Notes under the pieces: generated by a model
What the model saw: the letters and a program-made list of their open reading frames with translations, nothing else
Told to the model about the DNA's origin: nothing
The model's database searches: none
Shown here: one piece after another, positions 15,218 to 23,279 of the stretch
Layout of the letters: each line of letters begins with the position of its first letter
Numbering within the stretch: the stretch's first letter is position 1
Assembly: GCA_965219535.1 (NCBI GenBank)
Contig: CBDCNV010000001.1
Span: 540,001 to 572,000 of the forward strand
Direction: 5' to 3'
Length of the DNA: 32,000 bases
Source of the DNA: Opitutales bacterium
Lineage (GTDB): Bacteria > Verrucomicrobiota > Verrucomicrobiia > Opitutales > PNEW01
Program-made: the position numbers and the translations under genes

Positions 15218-16267
15218 ATGCTGAAGATTAGTGATGTTATGAAAGGAAATTGGCCGGTCGGGAAATCACCTGTGGAGGTGGGGCGTAGGATAGCGAGTTA
15301 CATTGTCAGTCGGGAGTTGAGGTATGTGTATGCGGCGACTTGTGCCTACTATGGAGCGCTTATATTTTCCGATGCCACCCATGACACGGATCTGCGCAAT
15401 CGTGTCATCGCTAATTATGAACCTTTCCTCATGGGTGACAAGAGCCCGCGCACGGGGCACGTGGACAACAACCTGTTTGGCATTGTGCCTTTTGAGATCT
15501 ATCGCCAGACGAAGGAAAAAAAATACCTGGCGATTGCGAAGTTGCTGGCCAACGACGAATGGGAGAACCCGCGACCCGACGGTTTAACCAAGTATACGCG
15601 TTTTACCGCGGATGATCCCTACATGGTCGGTTCATTGCAGGCCCAGGCTTACAAGGCTACGGGTGACATCGATTATGCAGACCGTGGCGCGAAGTTTATA
15701 CTGGCTTATGCGGAGAAGCTTCAGCGACCGGATGGTCTTTTTATCTATGACGAGAACAGACCGATTGCCTGGGGTAGAGGTAACGGCTGGTGCATTGGCG
15801 GCATGACGGAAATGCTGCTCGCTTTTCCCGAGGACCATGCCCAGCGAGAAGCGCTCATGGAAGTCTATCGAAAACAGATTGACGGTCTGATAAAACACCA
15901 GGACGAAACGGGAATGTGGCACCAGGTGATCGACAACCCCCATCTATTTCTCGAGTCATCGGGCACCGGAATAATTACCTATGCCATAGCAACTGGTGTT
16001 GAGCAAGGATGGCTGCCCGAAAAGACTTACCGGGATGTAGCCGAGCGTGCCTGGCTGGCGCTCACCGACTATGTTGACGAACAAGGCCAGGTGCGGAATA
16101 TCAGTTCAGGACATGTAGCCCTGATAAGAGAGTCTATGGAATTTTATGCCGAGCATGGCGAATTCCCGAAAGATGATTATCCCTCTATGAATGAAGTCGG
16201 TGATTTTCATGGTCAGGCAGTCGTGCTCTGGGCCGCAGCGGGGATGGAGAGAATCAGTAAACAGTGA
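15218..16267 (+). CDS. GH105/GH88-family unsaturated glycuronyl (rhamnogalacturonyl/glucuronyl) hydrolase
   Basis: Motifs WGRGNGW, GMWHQVID and ESSGTGIITYA, as in YteR/UGL-type enzymes. 349 aa. Confidence 0.8.
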   Translation: MLKISDVMKGNWPVGKSPVEVGRRIASYIVSRELRYVYAATCAYYGALIFSDATHDTDLRNRVIANYEPFLMGDKSPRTGHVDNNLFGIVPFEIYRQTKEKKYLAIAKLLANDEWENPRPDGLTKYTRFTADDPYMVGSLQAQAYKATGDIDYADRGAKFILAYAEKLQRPDGLFIYDENRPIAWGRGNGWCIGGMTEMLLAFPEDHAQREALMEVYRKQIDGLIKHQDETGMWHQVIDNPHLFLESSGTGIITYAIATGVEQGWLPEKTYRDVAERAWLALTDYVDEQGQVRNISSGHVALIRESMEFYAEHGEFPKDDYPSMNEVGDFHGQAVVLWAAAGMERISKQ

Positions 16268-16294
16268 ACAGTAAGTGGGCACTTGAGCGGGTGG

Positions 16295-16498
16295 AGTCGA
16301 AGGTCGAAGGTCTAAGGTCAAAAGGGGGGAGAAGAAAAGGGTTCAGGTTTCGGGTGTCGGATTTCGGAAAAAAATACTTATTATCGTTAGGAACAATCGT
16401 ACCCAGGGCAATACCCGACATTCTCCAAATCGGAAATCAGCAATTATTCTAACCCTGAACCTTCATAACCTAAAACCTAACACTTAACATCTAAAACT
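16295..16498. repeat. Palindromic element J (GGGTTCAGG variant) flanked by 7-bp tandem arrays
   Basis: 4 x RGTCKAA at 16295-16322. Inverted arms AAAAGGGTTCAGGTTTCGGGTGTCGGATTTCGG / CCGACATTCTCCAAATCGGAAATC...CCCTGAACCTT. About 5 x TAA(A/C)A(C/T)(C/T) heptamers at 16464-16498. Confidence 0.55.
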
Positions 16499-16508
16499 GA
16501 TCGATAGA

Positions 16509-18725
16509 TCACTCTATCGTTATCTCGTCTACTTCGACCGTGATGACATCGCCGTCTTCGTTAGCGAAGGTGGCATTAATACTCTGCGTAGGCTGAGGGG
16601 TGTTGTCAGACTTGAAGTTGTTCTGGGTGATCAAGGTCTCAAACCCCGTTGCGGGCGACCCGCTCTCCGCCACTACGATGGATGCTCCGTTCGTCTGCGC
16701 GAGGTCACCTCCGGTGATGCGCAACCCGGGGTTGCCGGCGGGCACGGAGAAGGACCCTTCACCAAAGAGGAGGTGGGGCACTGCATCGCCGTCGGCATCG
16801 ATATCACCTACGGTTAAGCGCACGGCAATCGGGACCCCGCGCGCATCGACGCCAACCTTGCCGGTGTTGCCACTGAAGACGGTGTTCGATAGTTGCATTC
16901 CTCCCATTCCCGTGGAGTTGATCACTTCCACCAAGGTCACGTCGGCCTGTGCGTCATAGACCTGTCCCTCGGGGAACAACGCCTGGTTCACCGCATTGAT
17001 TGATCCTACCGTAAAGATACTGAAGAAAGTACTGGAGTCGGCTCCATCAATGACCACGCTCGGTTTGCCCGTCACGTACTCGACTGACTGGTTGTAGCGT
17101 GGGGGGACGGCCGGAGGCAGGAAGGTGGCCGGGTCGAGGGTTACGGTAAAGGTGCCCGTGCCGGAGAATTCCACCTGCACGATGTCCTCGGTTTCATCCA
17201 TAAAGGAGACGCGTGTGATCTGATTCGGTCTGGCCTGTAGTTGGATGGACTCTCCGGTTAGGAGTATTTGATCAAAGACGTTACCGTTGGGATGCTGAAT
17301 GTTTTCACCGGCAATATCGCCTGAGCCGTCGAGGACCAAGGGCACGGAGGGGGCTGCGACGGTGATAACCGCAGTATCACTGTTAGTACTACCACCAGCG
17401 TTTGTTATCTGTACCCAGAAGTTGCTACTTGCGGTGAGGGCACTGGTTGTGAAGCTACTGCCAGTGGCCCCGGCGATGGGACTCGCGGTGTCACCGCTAT
17501 TGCCGGTAAACCATTGGAATGTAAGATCGTCACCACTGGCTTCAACGGACAAGCTGGTCGATGCACTGGACTGCACCTCCTGGCTCGCTGGTTGGGTGGT
17601 GATAGAGGGAGCATCCGCGGGTGGGGGACCCTCGGAGCCCGTTCCCGGGGCGCCGATGGGAGTAAAACCGAAATCATCGAAGACGGTTCTGCTTCTCGCA
17701 GTATTTACATTGGGGTTGTCCGAAACAATAATTCTGTCAATGCCGCCTGGAGCTCCCAACTCCACCGCATTGATCGTAGTTTGACGGGGTTTAAGTAAAG
17801 CACCAAGACCCCCAGCACTTTCCAAGTCCGAAAAGGTAGCAAGAAGGTTATCATTAGTATCGTAAACTTCGATTGATCCGTCGGGATCAGTATCGCCAGA
17901 CAAAATAATGGCTGCAGCAAAAACATCGATCTCGAATGCCGGGGTTTCAAAAGTGACCGTGAAGCTTTCTCCGTTAAAAATCCCATAGGATACTTGTCCC
18001 GAACGCGTTGGATTTTCTGAAGCACCAGCTAGTATCGAGCCCCCATCAAAAGTAGCACTATTGGGTGATGCCCCAACAATAAGGGGTTCAATTATTCCTG
18101 CACCCACACTGAATTCCTCAAATGTAGTGAATACGGTGTTATTGGACGGTCTTCTCGTTATCGTGAATCCCAGATCGTCAAGGGAGAATTTTCCTGAAAC
18201 ATTTTTTATTTTTAATTCTTTAATGCCGTCGAGAAAGTCAAAATCGGACGAGTCGAGGAACATATCACTGTCTGAAACGAAGATTTGAAGTGGTGGATTG
18301 GCACCGGGACTGATATTGGTAGGGAGACCATCGACAATACCATTATCCGCTAGAGTTGATGGAAATATTTGGCCTTCAAAAGGGAAATTTCCTCTGGGCT
18401 CGATCCTGCCGGCTCCCGTATTTTCGGCCGCATAAAATTGGATTTCATCAATACCTCTTTCCGATACAATTACCCCCTCCTGACCAGGCCCGAGGGTTAT
18501 CGCTTTTGTTCCGGAGTGTAAAAGTGCTGGATCTTCCAGGGTTTCCACCGTGAATCCGACTATCTTTACCCTGTTGGGTTCTTCCCCAATGAAAAATTCA
18601 CCTTCCCCGCTGATGTCCTCGAAATCGGTGAACACCTCGAGGTCTTGAGGAAGGGCCGACAGATGCACCGGTAAATAGAGTAAAAGAATCAGAAGCGGAA
18701 TTATTTTTATAGGTTTTCTTTTCAT
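16509..18725 (-). CDS. Large secreted surface protein with Ig-like domain (adhesin-like, function unknown)
   Basis: 738 aa with a signal peptide (KIIPLLILLLYLPVHLSA). It has an Ig-like module (ITTQPASQEV...LTFQWFTGNSG...AVITV) and repeated FxDFE-type N-terminal modules. Confidence 0.7.
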   Translation of the reverse strand: MKRKPIKIIPLLILLLYLPVHLSALPQDLEVFTDFEDISGEGEFFIGEEPNRVKIVGFTVETLEDPALLHSGTKAITLGPGQEGVIVSERGIDEIQFYAAENTGAGRIEPRGNFPFEGQIFPSTLADNGIVDGLPTNISPGANPPLQIFVSDSDMFLDSSDFDFLDGIKELKIKNVSGKFSLDDLGFTITRRPSNNTVFTTFEEFSVGAGIIEPLIVGASPNSATFDGGSILAGASENPTRSGQVSYGIFNGESFTVTFETPAFEIDVFAAAIILSGDTDPDGSIEVYDTNDNLLATFSDLESAGGLGALLKPRQTTINAVELGAPGGIDRIIVSDNPNVNTARSRTVFDDFGFTPIGAPGTGSEGPPPADAPSITTQPASQEVQSSASTSLSVEASGDDLTFQWFTGNSGDTASPIAGATGSSFTTSALTASSNFWVQITNAGGSTNSDTAVITVAAPSVPLVLDGSGDIAGENIQHPNGNVFDQILLTGESIQLQARPNQITRVSFMDETEDIVQVEFSGTGTFTVTLDPATFLPPAVPPRYNQSVEYVTGKPSVVIDGADSSTFFSIFTVGSINAVNQALFPEGQVYDAQADVTLVEVINSTGMGGMQLSNTVFSGNTGKVGVDARGVPIAVRLTVGDIDADGDAVPHLLFGEGSFSVPAGNPGLRITGGDLAQTNGASIVVAESGSPATGFETLITQNNFKSDNTPQPTQSINATFANEDGDVITVEVDEITIE

Positions 18726-18836
18726 GCTGTTATAACGATTGTAGCGATGCCAAAGATCGGCGCAAGGACTATACGCTTATTGGGTATTTTTTTACTGGTT
18801 GGTTAGTCATTTAAACTAACCGTATTTAATATAAAG

Positions 18837-19102
18837 GGGAAGAAAAAGGGGTCAAACGTAGAATTTAAATGTAATCGTCTGATGAACTAATTACTGACCC
18901 TTTAGGAGTAACAGATATGCAGGCGTTCTGAGATCTCTGGTTAACTTTCTATTGTCCTCCCGCGTAATAGTTGACCAATCTCAACCATCGATTCAACATT
19001 TCACCTTCAATTCTTTGCTTTCATCATAGCTTATTATACGGATTGCTTCAATTGACACTCATTAGATATTTAAATTCTACGTTTGACCCCTTCTGGCTTT
19101 TC
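18837..19102. mobile_element. MITE-like element, family 1, copy D
   Basis: Nearly identical to copies A and C. Its right end lies 4 nt from the stop codon of ORF 19107-20063. Confidence 0.7.
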
Positions 19103-19106
19103 TCCC

Positions 19107-20063
19107 TTACCAGGCGTGGGCCCACTCCATTTCGATCCATTTAAGCGGTTTCTCCCCCAGCACCTTACAGCCGTGGTCCACATGCTTGGGCGCGAAAATC
19201 AGGTCTCCGGCCTTCACTTCAGTCGTCGTATAACCGATCTCTAAGAGGCCTCGGCCCGAAAGTATATAAAAAGCCTGTTCCCGATCATGGTGGGCATGTG
19301 TGGGCGTCCCGCCATCTGGCCCGTATTGAGACAGGGCAGACCGTACCATCAGACTGTTCGCTTTGAAATTATTCCACCTTTCCAAGTCTTTCGGGTTATA
19401 CAAGAGGGAAGCCGAAAGCCGGGTATGGCCGCCCGCGCCAACAATCGTTAACCCGTTGTCTTTTTGGCGAGGCGCAGGCGCCACGGTAATGTACCCGCCC
19501 TCTCTGAAATAGTCGAACGGACTGCTGGATTCAGAACGGATGACCGGTTTTACATTCGCGTGCGGCACGGCACCCTCCTCCTTCCAGACAGCCTTCACGA
19601 GCCTTAACGGTTCCGCTCCCGTCACCTTCGCCGCAAAAGACAATCCGGATGGAACGAAAATCACGTCCTCTTTCACCACATCGGATATGAAGGATCCGAT
19701 TTTAATATCGGCTGTTCCTCCCGCAACGATGAGCAAAGTTTCTACCTTTCCCTCTCCAGCCCCGAGAAGCGCCTCGCCGTCGGAGGAATATTCCAGGATA
19801 GAAACATGAGCCAGGTTTGAATTTCCCCGATGATTCCAATCCCGATTATCTTTCGGGGATACGAGCACCGCCATCGACTTGCCCCGCTCACCTTCCGAAT
19901 CGGGGACCGCCTTCAACGGGTTCGTCTCCTCATTAAAGATCAAATGCCCCCACCCGGGGCCGTCGTCAGATTGAAGGGCCGCGGTGAAGAAGATTAGCGC
20001 CAGGACTAACGATGCGGTGACCCTGCGCGCGACCGATTTTTCAACAGCTTTCAAGAAAAGCAT
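19107..20063 (-). CDS. Secreted bicupin protein
   Basis: 318 aa with a signal-like N-terminus (LVLALIFFTAALQS). Two cupin-like halves; the C-terminal one carries THAHHDREQAFYILSG...HVDHG. Confidence 0.7.
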   Translation of the reverse strand: MLFLKAVEKSVARRVTASLVLALIFFTAALQSDDGPGWGHLIFNEETNPLKAVPDSEGERGKSMAVLVSPKDNRDWNHRGNSNLAHVSILEYSSDGEALLGAGEGKVETLLIVAGGTADIKIGSFISDVVKEDVIFVPSGLSFAAKVTGAEPLRLVKAVWKEEGAVPHANVKPVIRSESSSPFDYFREGGYITVAPAPRQKDNGLTIVGAGGHTRLSASLLYNPKDLERWNNFKANSLMVRSALSQYGPDGGTPTHAHHDREQAFYILSGRGLLEIGYTTTEVKAGDLIFAPKHVDHGCKVLGEKPLKWIEMEWAHAW

Positions 20064-20097
20064 GATATTATGTCTCAGAAGGAAAGTAAAAAAGAAT

Positions 20098-20252
20098 AAA
20101 AAAGGGGTCAGGCTGTGTATCTATAGATTTCAACTTAGTAAATTATATCACACCGTAGTTGGATACGATTAAAAAAATAAGATTTGTTCATTCAACTGTT
20201 CTCTTTATTTTCGAATCCATATAAACTATATATACACAACCTGACCCCTTTT
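20098..20252. mobile_element. MITE-like element, family 3 (copy F)
   Basis: Inverted ends AAAAGGGGTCAGGCTGTGTAT / ATACACAACCTGACCCCTTTT (1 mismatch) enclose an AT-rich ~110-nt core. Confidence 0.6.
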
Positions 20253-20258
20253 GTTCAT

Positions 20259-20387
20259 CCTGAATGTTAGAGTTTGTTTCAGCTAGACGAACTCTCATTG
20301 GCAAGATCTGAGGAGTGATAGTTGTTTTGTTGACACAATGACTATTCGCCTGGATTGCCGTGTCGTGTTACTCCTCACAATGACAAG
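20259..20387. mobile_element. Family-2 element, truncated copy
   Basis: Matches 9886-10036. It lacks the left ~70 nt and an internal 26-nt segment. It abuts element F. Confidence 0.55.
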
Positions 20388-20455
20388 AAAGGTAGCAAAT
20401 GCTGTCAGCGGTAAAATCTCCGCTTCAAAAATAGAGCGAAATTCAAAAGAAATTC

Positions 20456-20525
20456 AAAAGGGGTCAGGCCTTGCATTCCGGCAAAAAAATAAAAAAAATG
20501 CTAGGATGCAATGCCTGACCCTTTT
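20456..20525. repeat. Family-3 hairpin (copy G), terminator-like, directly downstream of the BNR gene
   Basis: AAAAGGGGTCAGGCCTTGCAT ... ATGCAATGCCTGACCCTTTT: an A-tract, a ~17-bp stem and a T-tract, ending 2 nt from the stop at 20528. Confidence 0.55.
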
Positions 20526-20527
20526 CG

Positions 20528-21619
20528 CTAATCAGCCGCGACCATCAGGCTGTTTCCCCTGGCCTTGTTCACGAGCAGACCCAGCGCGGCAGCGTCTGAG
20601 ATGCACGTGCCCTGAGCCACATCGTCCTGGGTGAACGTTGCCATAAGAATTTCCTTTGCGCCCCTACGGGAGCGGTCGTAAATCACGTAGATGATCCCGT
20701 CCGGCGCCTGCACCCCATCCGGATAGGAGACCTCGTCGCGTTCATCGAGCAGCAATCCACCGATCCAGGAGTTCCCGTCATTCTTCGAGAGGAACGCTGT
20801 GAGATGCGATCGGCCGATTCGCTTGTTGATTGGGCCGTGTTTCACCAGCAGTAAGTTTCCCGATCGAAGTCGTCGCACAAAGAAGCGAGACATCGTGTGC
20901 TGGATTTGTAATGGCCGCACCAGGCTCCATGTTCGGCCACGGTCAGTAGAGATACTCTCGCCAATGCCGTATTGTGTGCGAACAAGCATCCATAATGCCC
21001 CGTTGCCTCGCTCAACAATCATGTGCTCTTCGGCATTGCGATCTTGCGCCGGCACCGTGCTCTGACCAAGAAAGTGCCATGTAGAGCCCTGGTCGGAAGA
21101 GGAATAGACCTGGGCACTCCCCTCGCGATGCCAGCAGGCGACGGGAAAGAGCCACTCCCCCGAGGATAACACCGTGGGCTTGTTCAGCATGACGCCATCG
21201 CACAACCGCACGGGCTCCGACCACTCTGGCTTGGTTGCGTCGGATTGCCGTGTCGTGATTGCCCAGACGCCTGTTCGCTCATCCGTGTGCCGCTCGTATC
21301 CCTGAGCCCAGAACAGCCACAGCCGTCCGTCCGGATCGTGCCACAGGCAGGGATCGAACGCCCTCACCGGCCCATCGCCGTCAGGGTCGATGACAAGCCC
21401 CACGTCGGACCATTTACTCCCGCCGTCTTCGCTGGTGGCAAGCAAGATGTGGTTATATCGATCTTCACGGATGCCGCCACCATACCACGTTGCCCACAAC
21501 CTGCCTGACCGAGCACGCTCAACGCTCGGGATTCCCTGGAACTTGCGCGAGCCATCGGCATACTTCGGCCCGGGCGGAATCACCACTTCAGGTGCGCACA
21601 TATAAGCTTCTTCACTCAT
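20528..21619 (-). CDS. BNR-repeat (sialidase-like, GH33-type fold) glycosidase family protein
   Basis: Four Asp-box motifs: SEDGGSKW, SSDQGSTW, STDRGRTW, SKNDGNSW. ATG 21619 has an AAAGGAA RBS. The ORF-track TTG start at 21643 would run into attC-6. Confidence 0.8.
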   Translation of the reverse strand: MSEEAYMCAPEVVIPPGPKYADGSRKFQGIPSVERARSGRLWATWYGGGIREDRYNHILLATSEDGGSKWSDVGLVIDPDGDGPVRAFDPCLWHDPDGRLWLFWAQGYERHTDERTGVWAITTRQSDATKPEWSEPVRLCDGVMLNKPTVLSSGEWLFPVACWHREGSAQVYSSSDQGSTWHFLGQSTVPAQDRNAEEHMIVERGNGALWMLVRTQYGIGESISTDRGRTWSLVRPLQIQHTMSRFFVRRLRSGNLLLVKHGPINKRIGRSHLTAFLSKNDGNSWIGGLLLDERDEVSYPDGVQAPDGIIYVIYDRSRRGAKEILMATFTQDDVAQGTCISDAAALGLLVNKARGNSLMVAAD

Positions 21620-21634
21620 CTGAACATTCCTTTC

Positions 21635-21691
21635 GTCTAACAACCAAGGACAGGTGCGGCTTCAGCCGTTACCTGCTCCGCCTTGTTCTAA
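21635..21691 (-). other. Integron attC-like recombination site (attC-6)
   Basis: Plus strand: GTCTAAC AACCAAGGACAGGTGCGGC TTCA GCCG[T]TACCTG[C]TCCGCCTT GTTCTAA. It abuts the VOC stop codon and ends 15 nt before the BNR ATG. Confidence 0.7.
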
Positions 21692-22081
21692 TTAGCTTCG
21701 TATACCAGCCTCGATGTTGTTTCCGTCGGGATCTAAAAGATATGCGCCGAAATAGCCGCGGCCACAGTCTTCTGGTTTCCCATTGTCACGACCACCGTGC
21801 TCAAGCCCCAATCTATGAAATTCTCTTACCGCCTGTTTAGATGGCGCCTTAAAGCCGATGTGAATTGGTCGATGTACATTCACGCTCAGCTTCGTTCCGT
21901 AATACTCACCCTGAGCTTGCCCTACCCATAGAAAAGGGAATTTTGTTTCGTCCGCGAAAATTACTGCGTTCCATTCCGGTTGACTCTCCCAGATTTTGAT
22001 CCCCAAGGGAGCAAGACATGCCTCAAGAAACGGTATACTCTTATCGAAATCAGAAACATAGAATCCAAAATGATCAATCAT
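21692..22081 (-). CDS. VOC family (glyoxalase/bleomycin-resistance/dioxygenase fold) protein
   Basis: 129 aa. N-terminus IDHFGFYVSDFDKSIPFLEACLAPLG and C-terminus GAYLLDPDGNNIE are typical of VOC domains. Confidence 0.8.
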   Translation of the reverse strand: MIDHFGFYVSDFDKSIPFLEACLAPLGIKIWESQPEWNAVIFADETKFPFLWVGQAQGEYYGTKLSVNVHRPIHIGFKAPSKQAVREFHRLGLEHGGRDNGKPEDCGRGYFGAYLLDPDGNNIEAGIRS

Positions 22082-22233
22082 CGTTAACCTTTCTATGTAG
22101 CCATGAATCCGTCTACAATATCCTCGATGTCAGTTGTGTATGATATTCCTTCAGCTCTGTGCGAAGTGTCTCTCGATATTGCAGGTATCTTATTTTGTCG
22201 GTCTCCAGCACATTGTTAGATTCCGACCCCTCT

Positions 22234-22653
22234 TCACTCACCAATGGGATACCCCATGATCCAAACAATGAAAATAACAAGAATTTGAACAAAGAGTAGG
22301 GGAATATACCAAGCGAAAACAGAAATTAAATTGACCCACCATTTTTGCTTTGAAGATATTTGAATGAATTTTTCTAAATAAGTTCCAATCCCCAAAACCA
22401 AAAATAGGCCAACCAGAAAAACAATTGCAAATAAAAAAATCCCAGGTTTAGGAAACCAATTTTGTAAGGCTAGGATCAGTGGATATGGCCATAAATAAGC
22501 TGTCATCATCAAAAGATCGGCTGGTTCACCTAAAATGAGCTTGGTCGCTCGACCAATGAAAAAAAGAGAAGAGAAAACCAAATACAGAGCGGCTATTTTC
22601 GTGGCGAGTATATGCCGTTTGTAATAAGAGCGTGTGAAGAATGATATTTTCAT
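22234..22653 (-). CDS. Small integral membrane protein, unknown function
   Basis: About 4 hydrophobic segments. ATG 22653 lies 11 nt after the attC-3 GTTAGAT box. The ORF-track start at 22701 would translate through the attC hairpin. Confidence 0.6.
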   Translation of the reverse strand: MKISFFTRSYYKRHILATKIAALYLVFSSLFFIGRATKLILGEPADLLMMTAYLWPYPLILALQNWFPKPGIFLFAIVFLVGLFLVLGIGTYLEKFIQISSKQKWWVNLISVFAWYIPLLFVQILVIFIVWIMGYPIGE

Positions 22654-22664
22654 ATTGCTAAGGA

Positions 22665-22719
22665 ATCTAACGATTGAAATCAGTGGTGCTTTAGCGTTCA
22701 CTGGATTGATCTGTTAGAA
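22665..22719 (-). other. Integron attC-like recombination site (attC-3)
   Basis: Plus strand: ATCTAAC GATTGAAATCAGTGGTGC TTTA GCG[T]TCACTG[G]ATTGATCT GTTAGAA. Identical over ~55 nt to 23905-23959. Confidence 0.7.
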
Positions 22720-22731
22720 AATATTTATTTT

Positions 22732-22786
22732 CCCTTACATTAGATTAGGCAACAGGTTTTTAGCGTGGCGTGCTGCCGTTGCTTAG
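22732..22786 (-). repeat. S-type junction repeat, copy S1 (degenerate)
   Basis: ACATTAGATTAGGCAACAGGTTTTTAGCG is homologous to 23973-24000 and 24573-24600. It lies between a stop codon and attC-3. Confidence 0.4.
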
Positions 22787-23055
22787 CTATTCAGGATCAC
22801 TGATATGCTCTGTGAGTTTTATCCATTCCTTGTTTACAGCACCAGACACCGAAGAAATTTGCCAAAACCATACTTCTCCTGTTGTTACATTAACTCTATA
22901 TAAAAATTGACCTGCATCTGTAAATTTGGGAATATTTCAAACTGATCTTTATCTGGTATTTCAATCTGATCTTTAGGTAGTATGATCTGATAACAACCAG
23001 CGACACCGAGAACTATTCCGAGCAATAGAATCCAAATATAATTTTGATTTTTCAT
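22787..23055 (-). pseudogene. Small lipoprotein-like ORF, apparently frameshifted
   Basis: ATG 23055 opens MKNQNYIWILLLGIVLGVAGC... (lipobox-like), stopping at 22885. A second frame continues ...FTDAGQFLYRVNVTTGEVWFWQISSVSGAVNKEWIKLTEHISDPE* to 22787. It is below the ORF-track size cut-off. Confidence 0.3.
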
Positions 23056-23279
23056 ATGCACACCTTGTTAGATCAGATGAGTGAAAGCGATCTCATATTG
23101 AAGCGTAATTGCCTCTAGGATTTGTTTTGAATTTTGGAAAAAAGTTACCGTCGTTTAGTAAAAGCGGATTCAGCTAACGATGAAGCTCAGCGGTCGCCGC
23201 GAAGCGGATGGTTCGGCAGTTCATTCATTCCGCCCTAATCATTCCTAAATATGCCATCAAAGATGGTACCCATGAAGGT

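Noticed and set aside
16264-16452. 62-aa ORF MNSKWALERVESKVEGLRSKGGRRKGF...
   Set aside because: It is generated by the heptamer array and the palindromic element J, and its repetitive translation reflects the DNA repeats.
10038-19102. Repeats recurring every ~4 kb were considered as a CRISPR-like or tandem array.
   Set aside because: The repeat units are ~265 bp and are separated by whole genes. They lack the short, regular repeat-spacer periodicity of a CRISPR array.
20352-21257. Exact 16-nt match GGATTGCCGTGTCGTG between the truncated family-2 copy (20352-20367) and the interior of the BNR gene (21242-21257). It could be an antisense target or a recombination scar.
   Set aside because: With about 32 kb compared against itself on both strands, one chance 16-mer match is not improbable. 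The flanks show no extended similarity.
21620-21643. ORF-track N-terminal extensions: TTG 21643 (BNR gene), 22701 (membrane ORF), TTG 28534 (sulfatase), TTG 24940 (small membrane ORF).
   Set aside because: Each extension would translate through an attC or junction repeat. In each case a downstream ATG with a plausible RBS lies just beyond the GTTRRRY box.
22082-22220. Possible long attC between the membrane ORF and the VOC gene. On the minus strand it reads AATCTAAC ... GTTAACG-ATG.
   Set aside because: The boxes are present, but I could not find convincing arm pairing or the T-6-C bulge geometry by hand. It needs a covariance-model check.
23172-23225. attC-like sequence AGCTAAC GATGAAGCTCAGCGGTCGC ... 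GTTCATT downstream of the GNAT gene.
   Set aside because: The 5' arm is homologous to attC-2, but the 3' arm (GCGAAGCGGATGG) does not pair with it and appears inverted or rearranged. It is probably a degenerate site.
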